DNA of 64,000 nucleotides from Eledone cirrhosa. Taxonomy: Eukaryota. The notes below the pieces were generated by a model. It searched no databases and had not been told where the DNA came from. It was given only the letters and a program-made list of their open reading frames with translations. Position 1 is the stretch's first letter; each line of letters opens with the position of its first letter. The position numbers and the translations under genes were made by a program. This document shows, piece by piece, positions 25,701 through 40,700 of this stretch. The stretch is taken from positions 287,928,001 to 287,992,000 of the forward strand of contig OZ024741.1 in NCBI GenBank assembly GCA_964016885.1, written 5' to 3'.

Positions 25701-28700
25701 CTGATATCAGGTGCAAGATGAATCTGGCTAACTGTTTGACATAAGCCCACAAATTTCTAATGTACATACACCATATGAGTGTGTGTTGGGTGGTTTCATT
25801 CTCCCATATACTCCCATATGACTCCAACATAGCCAAGCATGTAGAGTATATCCTGAACAGGCAACACTGTACTGTAGCATTGTTAGGCCAAGGACATCTG
25901 GAAACTGGCCATAATTTCCAACTTGAAAAGACTCCCCAGACTGTCCTTGTCAACACTCAGAATCTTTCCTAGGTTGTCATTATTCATATCCCTCTTTAAA
26001 ATACAAGAATTGACATTCCACCAGCCCCATGGTCAAGCTGGTAGAGTGCAGTGAATACCTGGCAGAATTCTTGATGTCAAACACTTAAACTAGGTCTGTA
26101 CTTGATCCAGGAATGCAGCATGGACTTTAGTTTTCTCTTGTCATCATATTTGGACTTCACAGATATATATAGCTAGTTTTTATTTAAATATTGATTTCTA
26201 ATTTAGGCACAAGGCCAGCAAATTTGGAGGAAGGGAAAAGTTGAAGAAATCAACTCCAGTACTTGACTGGTATTTTATTTTATTGACCCTGGAAGGATGA
26301 AAGGTAAAGTTGACCTCAGTGGGATTTGAACTCAGAATGTAAAGAGCTTAAACAAACACAGCAATGACATTTTCTTTAAAATATTAATAGAAATATGGGA
26401 AACTTAGGGAGAGGAAGAGAGAGAAGTTTATTGGCAACACTCACTGGTACTACAAGAAGAGTTGAGATGAAGTTACTCAAGAACTCAACAAGTAATGGTT
26501 CCGTCTGTCGGACAACATTGTCAATCTTTAAAGTTCGAGGAATTTCTTGGATCAGAAGCACGATGGTTTTGAAGAATTCATCAGCTGGAAGAATTGGCCA
26601 GATAGAAGAACATTATTGAAAATGTTACAAGAAATTTTAAAAAAGACATTATTGCAAAGAAATATCTCCATCACTATCATCCTTGAATTCCAAACTTTTC
26701 CAGAATCCAGATAACTAAATTGTATTTACTTATTATTATAGTTCACAGGAGGTGGTTGAGGGGTTGCTACTGTGTGTACTATAAACAAGAAGAGCCACCC
26801 CACTCTGACTTGGTGCACTATCATTCTATCACACATACTTTTGATATTTTAAAGGTAATGGAGACAGCTATTAATTTTAAATCTCTCTCCCTCTGTAACG
26901 ACCGTCAGTACGGCTTTATAAAGTCAGATATACTGGAGATCTACTCTCCAATGTCACTCGTCAGTTGGACCCCATCCTCGAGAAATTTGAACCAGCAAAA
27001 CATTCATCTATAATTGGCATGAGAATCTCCAAGTAAAACTTGCCACCTACCATCTTCAACTGTTTTGCATCTCTTAGATGAGGAGTTTCTTGTCAGATGC
27101 CACTACCATGGTGTCCACCAATGTAGCTCTATCTAATCCACATACAATCAAACCAGATGTGCCCCACACACTTTTTCCTTCACATCAATTATCTATTTTC
27201 TGTCACCCTCTCACACACACAAACAATACCCTATCTGACACATGAAACCAGCCTTCATTCATCCACACACAAACAATGCCCTGTCTAACACATGATAACC
27301 ACTTTTATTCATTCATACATACACACACAACATGCCCTGACACATGATACCAGCCAACATTCACCCACACTCATGCACACAATACCCTGTCTGGAACATA
27401 TGATACCAGCCTTTGTTCATCCCTAATTATTAATTATTTTCAGTTAAAATAACAGAAAAATTAAAGAACAATAAGAAAGAAAACAAGAAACAAAAACAGA
27501 AATGAAAAAAATCAATAACTGACCAACCTTGACCAAGACATTGGTTTAACAGTGCCACCTGTCCAGAGATCAGGTACAGGTTCAACTGACTGAATGCAAA
27601 CCTTAGTGATGGAATTGTAATGAAACAATATGCAGCACAAGCCTGCAATTGAAGAAAAAGTAGTAGTTTAGCTTAGTGTTGTTGTTGTTATGTTATTTAG
27701 CCCCAAGTAAGCAGCATAATAAATATACTATAAGGTATTTGTTCTGACTATTCTGAGTTCAAATCTCATCAAGGTCAAATTTGCCTTTCATCCTTCTGGG
27801 TTGATAAAATAAAGTACCAGTTAAATACTAAGGTTCATGTAATCAACTTATCCCTCCCCACCTGAAACCACCATTGGTTTTATGATACAAAACTGTTTAA
27901 CCCTTTAGTATTCACATTACTCTATATTTACTCTTGTATTTTTGCAGTAAAGGCTTTATCTCACATAATATCGAATCTATGTGATTTTGATGTTATTTAT
28001 TTTAAGAACAATACTTTAACATCAGTATGAGTGGCCAGTTATAGCCAATTTAAACAGCAAGAAGTGAGAAAATTCTGGCAGGATATGGCCGGGTTAAATG
28101 CTAAAGGCTTAAACAAAATTATCTTGAAAATCAAGTTTGAAGCACGAGTGTATTAGAATTCATAGAATAATAGGAAGTAAAGAAGCTGTTAAAACAGCAA
28201 AATGCTGTCAATGACAACATCGGGTAAAATTTACCTCAAAGGATAGAAATCAGCAGCTAGAAATGTGTTGGCTCACAGAAGTGATAGAAGTTTTGTTTTC
28301 AAGCATTTATATTTAACTATAAACCTTCTATTATGTAAGCACCTTTATTAAGTTGTGTTCCAAACACCACCTTAATAATTACAAAATGAGTTATATTATT
28401 AAGTCCTTTCAAATTCTTGATTATTTTCAGAATCATTTGAGAATCATAGTTTGTGTCTCATTAGAAATATAGTAATGAAAGGGTAAAACACAATGTTTTC
28501 TCACCTTCACAAAGGCAGCAGTCTTTTTAGTGTGTTTCCCCTTGACAATCTTGTGAGTGGCCATAGCAAGCTGGTTGACAGACTGAAGACAAAAATGATG
28601 TAATGATATGAAAGAGAGGAGAGGAAAAGTTACAAAAGGGTGAGAGGGAGAAGTGAGGCATTCAAGGGTTTCACCCATTGTTTACAGGGGTGCATAGTGA

Positions 28701-31700
28701 CCCCATAAACCTGTACATGATGATGCATATGTGTGAGGGTGCATGTGTGTGCATCAAAAATTCACATCAAATACATACCAGCATGAACAAGCAAACATAA
28801 AATGTTGGTAATACTACTACTACTATAAGGGCGTTGGATTGGCAGTATCGGTAGAGCGTCGGACAACATGCTTTGCAGCATAGAGTTATGGCTCTTTATG
28901 TTCTGAGTTCAAATCCCGCTGAGGTTAGCTTTGCCTTTCATTCTTATGGGGTCGATAAAATAAAGCACCAGTAATGTACTGGGGTCGATTTAATCAACTA
29001 TCCCCCCTCGCCAAATTTCTGGCCGCGTGCCTATTGTAGAAATCAAAGGCTACTCTACCAAAGACGACGATGCCTTCACAGTGATTACTCCTCAGTCAAG
29101 AGAATAAGAGCAAGTAAAGGTATGTCTCTAGCTGGAGGTGTACAACATAATGGCTGTTGTAATGGGGTTCGAACTAAAACTAATGATCATGTGATCAATA
29201 GCTTATCCTTTTAACCTCTCAGCTATTGGATAATATAATCTTAGATACACTACATATTAGATAATTTAGTCCCAGATGCACTACATATTAGATAATGTAG
29301 TCCCAGATGCACTACATATTAGATAATGTAGTCCTGGATACACTACATATTAGATAATGTAGTCCTAGATACACTACATATTAGATAATGCAGTCCTAGA
29401 TACACTACATATTAGATAATTTAGTCCCAGATGCACTACATATTAGATAATTTAGTCCTAGATACACTACATATTAGATAATGCAGTCCTAGATACACTA
29501 CATATTAGATAATTTAGTCCTAGATACACTATATATTAGATAATGTAGTCCCAGATACACTACATATTAGATAATTTAGTCCTAGATACACTACATATTA
29601 GATAATGTAGTCCCAGATACACTATATATTAGATAATGTAGTCCTAGATACACTACATATTAGATAATGCAGTCCTAGATACACTACATATTAGATAATT
29701 TAGTCCCAGATGCACTACATATTAGATAATTTAGTCCTAGATACACTACATATTAGATAATTTAGTCCTAGATACACTATATATTAGATAATGTAGTCCT
29801 AGATACACTACATATTAGATAATGTAGTCCCAGATACACTATATATTAGATAATGTAGTCCTAGATACACTACATATTAGATAATGCAGTCCTAGATACA
29901 CTACATATTAGATAATGTAGTCCCAGATACACTATATATTAGATAATGTAGTCCTAGATACACTACATATTAGATAATTTAGTCCTAGATACACTACATA
30001 TTAGATCATTTAGTCCTAGATACACTACATATTAGATAATGTAGTCCCAGATACACTACATATTAGATAATGCAGTCCTAGATACACTACATTGGTCTTC
30101 TTAATCAGAACTGACCAGGAGCTCAAGAACATCAATAATTCAAGCTACTTACATGAATGAGAGCCACAAGGACTTGGTCCAGGTTACTGAAAGTGGCGCG
30201 GGCCTCCACAAAAAAACTGAGTTGTTGCTCAAAATCCTGACCAAATGTGACCTTCCGCAGGAAACCAATTATCAAATTACTGATTAACTTCTTCTCATCT
30301 TCAAGAGTCAAGGCACTGGAAATAGAGAAAAAGAGACAAAGACATAGATGTAGCAAGAAAGGAGAAAGAGCTAGAGATAGAAAGAAATAGGCAGAGAGAA
30401 ATGGCTAGGTAGATAGAGAGATTGATGGTAAAAGTAGAAGAGGAGAATAAGTCAAGAAAAAGTTATCAATTAACCCTTTAGCATTTAAACCAGCCATATC
30501 CGACTAGAATTCTCTCACCTCTTTCTGTTCAAACTGGCTGTAACCAGCCACTCATACTGATGTTAAGGTATTGTTCTCAAAATAAATAATATCAAAATCT
30601 CATAGATTCAATATTATGTGAGATAATTATGTGAGGTAAAGCCTTTACTGTGAAAATATAATAGTATATATGAAGTAATGTAAATGCTAAAGGGGTTAAG
30701 TAAAAAGTGATTAAATCAAATATTAAAATTACAAAATAAATCCCTCAAAATTCTAGATTATTTTCAAAATATGAAAGAGAAAGGATTAACTGTCTTGTAA
30801 ACATAATTAACAAAGAGGCACTCTAATATAACTGTATCTTTGCAGTTTTCATGTCTATTTGAAATATAGTGAAAAACTTACTTGACAGAGTCATGGGCGA
30901 TTTTACACAGAAACATCATGGTGTTAATAATTACTGGGTCATCAGTAGGGTCTGCCTGGTACCTGTGGAGAGATAGAGATGAGAAGGAGTGAGAGAATGA
31001 GAGAGAGAGAGAGAGAACAATGACAGAAACTAAGAGAATAGTTAAAACAAAAAAGGGTAAAGTCTGTCCTAACCCCAGAGGCTCACCCCTGGACAGGATA
31101 CCAGTATATTGCAATGATAAATTCTGTCCCAAACCTGGAAACTCATCTACCCAGAGCTTATCCTGGTTTCACTGGTGTTTTGTGATGAAAGTACAAAACT
31201 CCACCCTGGACAGGATGCCTGTCCATTGTATTGTTAAAGTCTGTCCCAAAGCCACAGACTCATCAGGTTGGTACTTATTCCAGGTTTATTGGCATTAAAT
31301 AACTACGAGTACAAGGCTCTCTCCTGGATAGGACATCAGTCCATTGCAGGGTTAATTCCAACTGCTGCAGGTATTTATTTCAGCAGAGTGAACTGGAGCA
31401 ATGGGAAATGAAGTGTTTTGCTCAAGAACACAACATGCCACCGTTTTAAAGAATCAAATCCATGACATTAGGATTCTAAGTCAAACACTCTAACCACAGG
31501 GAAGAGGGAAAAAATTATGTGATTTTCACTTCACACACGATTATTGGAAAATGTGGTGGTGGTGGTGGTTGGTGATGTTAGTTGTCGTGGTTGGGATGTT
31601 GGTGGTGATTGGTGGTAGTAGTGATGGTAATATTTGGTGATGGTTATGGTAATGGTGATTAGCTGTAGCCAGCCTATCTGTGCTGATTCTACTGGAATCA

Positions 31701-34700
31701 ATGCCATGGGCTCTTAACTCTTGATAAGAGTCGTAGAGGTACTGGGCACATAAAGCAGGTAAAGCCCATCCTGGACTGGTTGCTTTTTTGTCAAGACACT
31801 AGCACTGAATGTTAATAATAATAATAATATTAATAATAAATAAATACTAACTTAATAAAAGCTTCCATTATAGACTTGCATGCTTCTACCTTCACTGACT
31901 CACGCTGGAACATGTCGAGAAATGGCAAAAATTTATCCTGGAACATAAACAAAAAGATTATCAGACATGTTAACCCATTAATGAACAGTGTCCCCAAAAC
32001 AGGACAGTCAGAAAATATTGATCCATTAAACCTTTCATTACCATACTTCTAATAAAATATGCTGTATTTGAATTAATTGAAGAATTTGGAAGGATTTACT
32101 AAAATTATTAATGCCTTAAGTAATCCCAGTTTTTCATAATAGATACACTGTATCCTTGTGTGTAGTATGAGGCAAATAAAAGAGATGGCATCAAGAAGGA
32201 CATTTGGCTGTAAAATATTGCCTCAAAACAACCTGTCCAACCCATGCCAGTATGGAAAAGTAAACATAAAAACGATGGTGATTTCATTATTAAGATATTT
32301 GTAACATAACATAATAAATGGTTAAAAAATACAAGAAATAGAATAGGTGAAGTAGATGAGAGAAAGGAGTGAAATAAAGGAACATTTTAATTTAAATAGG
32401 AACCATTTAAAATGTATGGTTCTGTTTCATAGAACCAGAGATCTTTTGGGTAGGTTGGTATCAAAAGTTAATGGATAATACCTCCAAAAACAGGACAGTA
32501 AGAAAATATTAGTGTCCACAAAAACAGGACAGTAAGAAAATTATACAGTACAAAGTCTTTATTTATATGATGTATAAAAATGACGGTAGTAGTAGACACA
32601 GACAGACAAAGGTTTTGAGGGAAAGTAGAAGTGTATACACATGATGGTAGTAGTAAAGAGGGAGAGAGAGGAAGATAAGAGGTGTGAAAGGGGTGTATAT
32701 ATGTATTTGTGTGTATATCATGACTCATACACTGTTCACTTTCCTGACATTTGTACATTATTCTATGTACTATACATGCACCTTTGATGAGTTGATGTGC
32801 ACCTGAGCACTGTACACAATCATTTTCATTATTATTATTATAGGATAAGAGGTGTGAAAGGGGGGTATATATCCACTACAGGAAAGAAAGAAGAAAAAAC
32901 CAAGCTTACCAGTCCAAAAAGAACAGAAAAGGAATGAAAGTGAATCAAAACTTTAGAGACAACTGACTGAAGTTGTGGATAGTAGTCTTCATAGGCACGG
33001 TCTGGGGACATGTGTTTGCTGATATCACTTAATACTGTATTGATTTCACGCTTCTGAAAATATATTAACAAATAATAGGGGTATTTAAGCACAGTATACA
33101 GAAAGACATTTTATTTTACACATTGTTTTAACAACAAATAGTACACAATGAAGAGAATAAAACATATTCAGACTACCACACTGGACAGTGGAGAGAGTAC
33201 AACATAGATGACTACAAAGTACAACATACAATTAACAAGCTAATGAGACAGTCTTTATCTGGCCAATTAACAAGCTATCGAGGCAGCCATTACCTAGTCA
33301 ATTAATGATCTATCAAGGCAGTCTTTACCTAGTCAATTAATGAGCTATCAAGGCAGTCTTTACCTAGTCAATTAATGATCTATCAAGGCAGCCATTACCT
33401 AGTCAATTAATGATCTATCAAGGCAGCCATTACCTAGTCAATTAATGATCTATCAAGGCAGCCATTACCTGGTCAATTAATGATCTATCAAGGCAGTCTT
33501 TACCTAGTCAATTAATGATCTATCGAGGCAGCCATTACCTAGTCAATTAATGAGCTATCAAGGCAGCCATTACCTGGTCAATTAATGAGCTATCAAGGCA
33601 GTCTTTACCTAGTCAATTAATGATCTATCAAGGCAGTCTTTACCTAGTCAATTAATGATCTATCAAGGCAGCCATTACCTAGTCAATTAATGAGCTATCA
33701 AGGCAGCCATTACCTGGTCAATTAATGATCTATCAAGGCAGCCATTACCTAGTCAATTAATGATCTATCAAGGCAGCCATTACCTAGTCAATTAATGATC
33801 TATCAAGGCAGTCTTTACCTGGTCAATTAATGATCTATCAAGGTAGCCATTACCTAGTCAATTAATGAGCTATCAAGGTAGCCATTACCTGGTCAATTAA
33901 TGATCTATCAAGGCAGCCATTACCTGGTCAATTAATGATCTATCAAGGCAGCCATTACCTGGTCAATTAATGATCTATCAAGGCAGTCATTACCTGGTCA
34001 ATTAATGATCTATCAAGGCAGCCATTACCTGGTCAATTAATGATCTATCAAGGCAGTCATTACCTGGTCAATTAATGATCTATCAAGGCAGTCATTACCT
34101 GGTCAATTAATGATCTATCAAGGCAGCCATTACCTGGTCAATTAATGATCTATCAAGGCAGTCATTACCTGGTCAATTAATGATCTATCAAGGCAGCCAT
34201 TACCTGGTCAATTAATGATCTATCAAGGCAGCCATTACCTAGTCAATTAATGATCTATCAAGGCAGCCATTACCTAATCAATTAATGATCTATCAAGGCA
34301 GTCATTACCTGGTCAATTAATGAGCTATCAAGGTAGCCATTACCTGGTCAATTAATGAGCTATCAAGGTAGCCATTACCTAGTCAATTAATGATCTATCA
34401 AGGTAGCCATTACCTAGTCAATTAATGATCTATCAAGGCAGTCATTACCTGGTCAATTAATGAGCTATCAAGGTAGCCATTACCTGGTCAATTAATGATC
34501 TATCAAGGTAGCCATTACCTAGTCAATTAATGATCTATCAAGGCAGTCATTACCTGGTCAATTAATGAGCTATCAAGGTAGCCATTACCTGGTCAATTAA
34601 TGATCTATCAAGGTAGCCATTACCTAGTCAATTAATGATCTATCAAGGCAGCCATTACCTAGTCAATTAATGAGCTATCAAGGTAGCCATTACCTGGTCA

Positions 34701-37700
34701 ATTAATGATCTATCAAGGTAGCCATTACCTAGTCAATTAATGATCTATCAAGGCAGCCATTACCTAGTCAATTAATGAGCTATCAAGGTAGCCATTACCT
34801 GGTCAATTAATGATCTATCAAGGCAGCCATTACCTAGTCAATTAATGATCTATCAAGGCAGCCATTACCTGGTCAATTAATGATCTATCAAGGTAGCCAT
34901 TACCTGGTCAATTAATGAGCTATCAAGGTAGCCATTACCTGGTCAATTAATGATCTATCAAGGCAGCCATTACCTAGTCAATTAATGATCTATCAAGGCA
35001 GCCATTACCTGGTCAATTAATGATCTATCAAGGTAGCCATTACCTGGTCAATTAATGAGCTATCAAGGTAGCCATTACCTGGTCAATTAATGATCTATCA
35101 AGGTAGCCATTACCTAGTCAATTAATGATCTATCAAGGCAGTCATTACCTGGTCAATTAATGAGCTATCAAGGTAGCCATTACCTGGTCAATTAATGATC
35201 TATCAAGGCAGCCATTACCTAGTCAATTAATGATCTATCAAGGCAGCCATTACCTGGTCAATTAATGAGCTATCAAGGTAGCCATTACCTAGTCAATTAA
35301 TGAGCTATCAAGGTAGCCATTACCTGGTCAATTAATGAGCTATCAAGGTAGCCATTACCTGGTCAATTAATGATCTATCAAGGCAGCCATTACCTGGTCA
35401 ATTAATGATCTATCAAGGTAGCCATTACCTGGTCAATTAATGAGCTATCAAGGTAGCCATTACCTGGTCAATTAATGATCTATCAAGGTAGCCATTACCT
35501 AGTCAATTAATGATCTATCAAGGCAGTCATTACCTGGTCAATTAATGAGCTATCAAGGTAGCCATTACCTGGTCAATTAATGATCTATCAAGGTAGCCAT
35601 TACCTAGTCAATTAATGATCTATCAAGGCAGCCATTACCTGGTCAATTAATGATCTATCAAGGCAGCCATTACCTGGTCAATTAATGATCTATCAAGGTA
35701 GCCATTACCTGGTCAATTAATGAGCTATCAAGGTAGCCATTACCTAGTTAATTAATGATCTATCAAGGCAGCCATTACCTGGTCAATTAATGATCTATCA
35801 AGGCAGCCATTACCTGGTCAATTAATGATCTATCAAGGTAGCCATTACCTGGTCAATTAATGAGCTATCAAGGTAGCCATTACCTAGTCAATTAATGATC
35901 TATCAAGGCAGTCATTACCTGGTCAATTAATGAGCTATCAAGGTAGCCATTACCTAGTCAATTAATGAGCTATCAAGGTAGCCATTACCTAGTCAATTAA
36001 TGATCTATCAAGGTAGCCATTACCTGGTCAATTAATGAGCTATCAAGGCAGCCATTACCTGGTCAATTAATGAGCTATCAAGGTAGCCATTACCTAGTCA
36101 ATTAATGAGCTATCAAGGCAGTCTTTACCTGGTCAATTAATGATCTATCAAGGTAGCCATTACCTAGTCAATTAATGATCTATCAAGGTAGCCATTACCT
36201 GGTCAATTAATGAGCTATCAAGGCAGCCATTACCTAGTCAATTAATGAGCTATCAAGGCAGCCATTACCTGGTCAATTAATGATCTATCAAGGTAGCCAT
36301 TACCTGGTCAATTAATGATCTATCAAGGTAGCCATTACCTGGTCAATTAATGAGCTATCAAGGCAGCCATTACCTAGTCAATTAATGATCTATCAAGGTA
36401 GCCATTACCTGGTCAATTAATGAGCTATCAAGGTAGCCATTACCTAGTCAATTAATGAGCTATCAAGGTAGCCATTACCTAGTCAATTAATGATCTATCA
36501 AGGTAGCCATTACCTGGTCAATTAATGAGCTATCAAGGTAGCCATTACCTAGTCAATTAATGATCTATCAAGGCAGTCATTACCTGGTCAATTAATGAGC
36601 TATCAAGGTAGCCATTACCTAGTCAATTAATGAGCTATCAAGGTAGCCATTACCTAGTCAATTAATGATCTATCAAGGTAGCCATTACCTGGTCAATTAA
36701 TGAGCTATCAAGGCAGCCATTACCTGGTCAATTAATGAGCTATCAAGGTAGCCATTACCTAGTCAATTAATGAGCTATCAAGGCAGTCTTTACCTGGTCA
36801 ATTAATGATCTATCAAGGTAGCCATTACCTAGTCAATTAATGATCTATCAAGGTAGCCATTACCTGGTCAATTAATGAGCTATCAAGGCAGCCATTACCT
36901 AGTCAATTAATGAGCTATCAAGGCAGCCATTACCTGGTCAATTAATGATCTATCAAGGTAGCCATTACCTGGTCAATTAATGATCTATCAAGGTAGCCAT
37001 TACCTGGTCAATTAATGAGCTATCAAGGCAGCCATTACCTAGTCAATTAATGATCTATCAAGGCAGTCATTACCTGGTCAATTAATGATCTATCGAGGCA
37101 GTCTTTACCTAGTCAATTAATGAGCTATTGAGGCAGTCTTTACCTAGTCAATTAATGAGCTATCAAGGCAGCCATTACCTAGTCAATTAATGATCTATCA
37201 AGGCAGCCATTACCTGGTCAATTAACAAGCTAATGAGACAGTCTTTACCTGGCCAATTAACAAGCTATCGAGGCAGTCTGTACCTGGTCAATTAATGAGC
37301 TATTGAGGCAGTCTTTACTGGGTCAATTAACAAGCTAATGAGACAGTCTTTATCTGGTCAATTAATGAGCTATCGAGACTGTCTTTATCTGGTTGATTAA
37401 CAAGCTAATGAAACAGCAATTAGCTGGTCAATTAACAAGCTATTAAGGCTGTTTTTACCTGGTCAATTAACAAACTAATGAAGCAGCCTTAACCTGGTCA
37501 ACTAGCAAGCTAATGAGGCAACTTTTACTTGGTCAATTAAACTGAAGGAGTCTTTACCTGGTCAATTACCAAGCTAACGAGACAGCCTTCACCTGGTCAA
37601 TTAATATTGGTGATTATGATAATGGCTTCTTTTGTTGACCTCAGAAGAATGAAAAGCAAATTAGAGTGAGACTTGAACTCAAGATGTAAAGTAGTTGGTG

Positions 37701-40700
37701 TAAGGAAGGGCATCAAGCCATAGAAACCATGCCAGATATGGAATATATGAGCAAAACATGGTCACTTGACCAGTCAGGCCTCAGAACATGACAACCTCTC
37801 CAACCAATGGTAGTGAGGAAAGCAGACGTAAAATGACGAGGATGAGAAGCATGAATTGAGCTCAGTAGAGTAGTGATGCTTTATTTATTGACGACAGGCG
37901 TAAAGTGATATAACCAAATACAACAAAGTATTTTGTCTGACACTCTACCAATTCTGCCAACCAGCTACACTGTTCATTTAACAATCACAAATCCAATATA
38001 TCATATCCCAGAAGTAATTTTCTCCAGAGACTTTATGTAAATAATGATTTCTACTATAGGCACAAAGCCAGCAATTTGGAAGGAAGGGAAGTCGATTAAA
38101 TTGACCCCAGTACATTAATGGTGCTTTATTTTATCAACCTCGTAAGGGATGAAAGGCAAAACTAACCTCGGCGGCATTTGAACTCAGAACATAAAGAGCC
38201 ATAACTCTATGCTGCAAAGCATGTTGTCCGACGCTCTACAGATTCTGCCAATCCACCGCCCTTATTTCTTAGAAAATAATGAGGAATATACATTATATTT
38301 GACAACTGTGAATGTTACAAACCAAAATATAGAAATTAGAATTTGAAAAATAATACAAACCCCAAAATGTTTTGCAACATATTCTATCCAAACTTCAGCA
38401 CAGCTAATATAGTCCTGAAATCAATAAAAATACAATTAGATATATGCTTTCGTACACATACGCATAAAAATTTTATATATATAGGGACCGGGTGAATATA
38501 GACGAGATGCGATTTGGGTTTGTACCAGGAAGAGGCACCACTGATGCCCTCTTCCTTGTGAGGCAATTACAGGAAAAGTACCTAGCTAAAAGTAAGCCAC
38601 TCTACTTGGCATTTGTCGACCTTGAGAAAGCCTTTGACAGAGTTCCACGTGCTGTAATCTGGTGGGCTCTTAGAAAACTAGGAGTAGATGAACGGCTTGT
38701 GAAAGCGGTACAAGCCATGTATAGGGGAGCAGTCAGCAAAGTTAGGATTAGCAATGAGTATAGCGAGGAATTTAGCGTACAGGTTGGGGTCCACCAGGGC
38801 TCTGTTCTTAGCCCTCTCCTGTTCATCATAGTCCTGCAGGCAATAACGGAGGAATTTAAGACCGGATGCCCATGGGAACTCCTGTATGCTGATGACCTCG
38901 CACTCATAGCTGAATCTATGATAGAACTAGAGAATAAATTCCAAACCTGGAAGCAGGGACTAGAGAGAAAGGGTCTCAAAGTCAACATGACAAAGACTAA
39001 GGTCCTTGTAAGTAGACGAGAAAACAGAACCCAGATCCCCTCAGGGAAATGGCCTTGCTCAGTATGTAGGAAAGGTGTAGGTAGGAACTCCATTCTCTGC
39101 CCCAAATGCAAACAATGGGTACACAAGAGATGTAGCGGGATCTCAGGAAGCTTAATTAAGAATGTAGGATTCACATGCAGCAGCTGTGCTGAAACAGCAA
39201 GCAGCAAACAGCCACAGGAAACAAGTACCACCAATCTCTGGGAGGGCCCTGTAGAAACAGTAGACAGCTTCTGCTACCTAGGTGACCGAATTAGCAACGG
39301 AGGTGGGTGTTCAGAAAGTACAATAACTAGGGTAAGAACGGGGTGGAAGAAGTTTAGGGAACTACTACCACTGCTAGCTGCAAAAGGCTTCTCCCTCAGA
39401 ATGAAAGGCAGACTGTATGATGCGTGTATCCGAACAGCGATGTTGCATGGTAGTGAGACCTGGGCGCTGAAGGTGGAAGACTTACGTAGATTAGAGAGAA
39501 ACGAAGCCTGCATGCTCCGATGGATGTGTAACAGTAATATACGTGAACGACAAAGCATAAATGAATTGAGAGAGAGACTGAGCATAAGAGGAATCAAATG
39601 CTGTGTGCAGGAGAGGCGGTTGCGCTGGTATGGACATGTGATGCGCATGAAGGATGACAGCTGCATAAAAAGGTGCAGAGCACTAGAAGTTGATGGAAAC
39701 CGCGGAGTGGGGAGACCCAAGATGACCTGGGATGAGGTGATAAAAGCCGACCTCACCCAATTACACCTCTCAAAGACAATGACACACGACCGTGACCTCT
39801 GGCGTCACGCAGTAATACAGAGTACCCGACCTCCCATGAGTACATGCTGAAGCATATAAACAATATGCCCCCACACCCCCTACCGCAAGGTGGTCGTAGA
39901 GGTGCCACGGCAAAAAAGCACCCAGCCCACACTGTAAAGTGGACGTGTAGGCGCCACGAAAAAGCACCCAGCACTCACTGTAAGAAAGGGCATCCAGCTG
40001 TAGAAATCAAGCCAGATCAGTTCCTGTATGAGCAAGGCATGGTCAGCCGACCAGACACTGCACACAACAGGACAACCCGTCTAACCCATGCTAGCGTGGA
40101 AGAACGGACGTAAAACGGTGATGATGATGATGATGATATACACACTCACATATGTATATCAAGACTCATACAATGTTCACTTTCCTGACATTTGTACATC
40201 ATTCTATGTACTATACATGCAACTTTGATGAGTTGTAGTGCCCCTAGCACTGTACACAATAATTCCATTATTATTTTATATATATATATATATGGTTAGA
40301 GTTACATTTTGTTTACAAACCAAAGAATTTAAGAGTTTAAGGCATTTAATAACTGACAATTGTTTCTACCCAGGTTGTGCTACATACAGTAAATAATTTT
40401 ATTCAACAATTTGCCATTAGTGAGCATAGACCTTGGGTGTCATCACAGTTTAATTAAAATACTGATACAAGTCACTCAGGAAAAAAAATTAGAAGAGATA
40501 ATATATATATTACTCATCAAAGTATTAAGATAAAAGTTTACAGTTAGAAATACAGTTCAAAAATATTGTAGTCTGAAAGAAATATATTGTTAGTTGTGTT
40601 TTAGAAACAATTGTCAGTTATCAAATGCCTTAAACCTTTAAATTCTTTGATTTGTAAACAAACTATAAGTATATAACAGCTCTGCATGATCCTATCATTG

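Noticed and set aside
33228-37605. CRISPR-like or coding repeat
   Set aside because: Contiguous tandem units with no unique spacers, stop codons throughout, and a eukaryotic context.
38602-39756. Long antisense ORFs (210 and 160 aa)
   Set aside because: Shadow frames of the RTE RT ORF.
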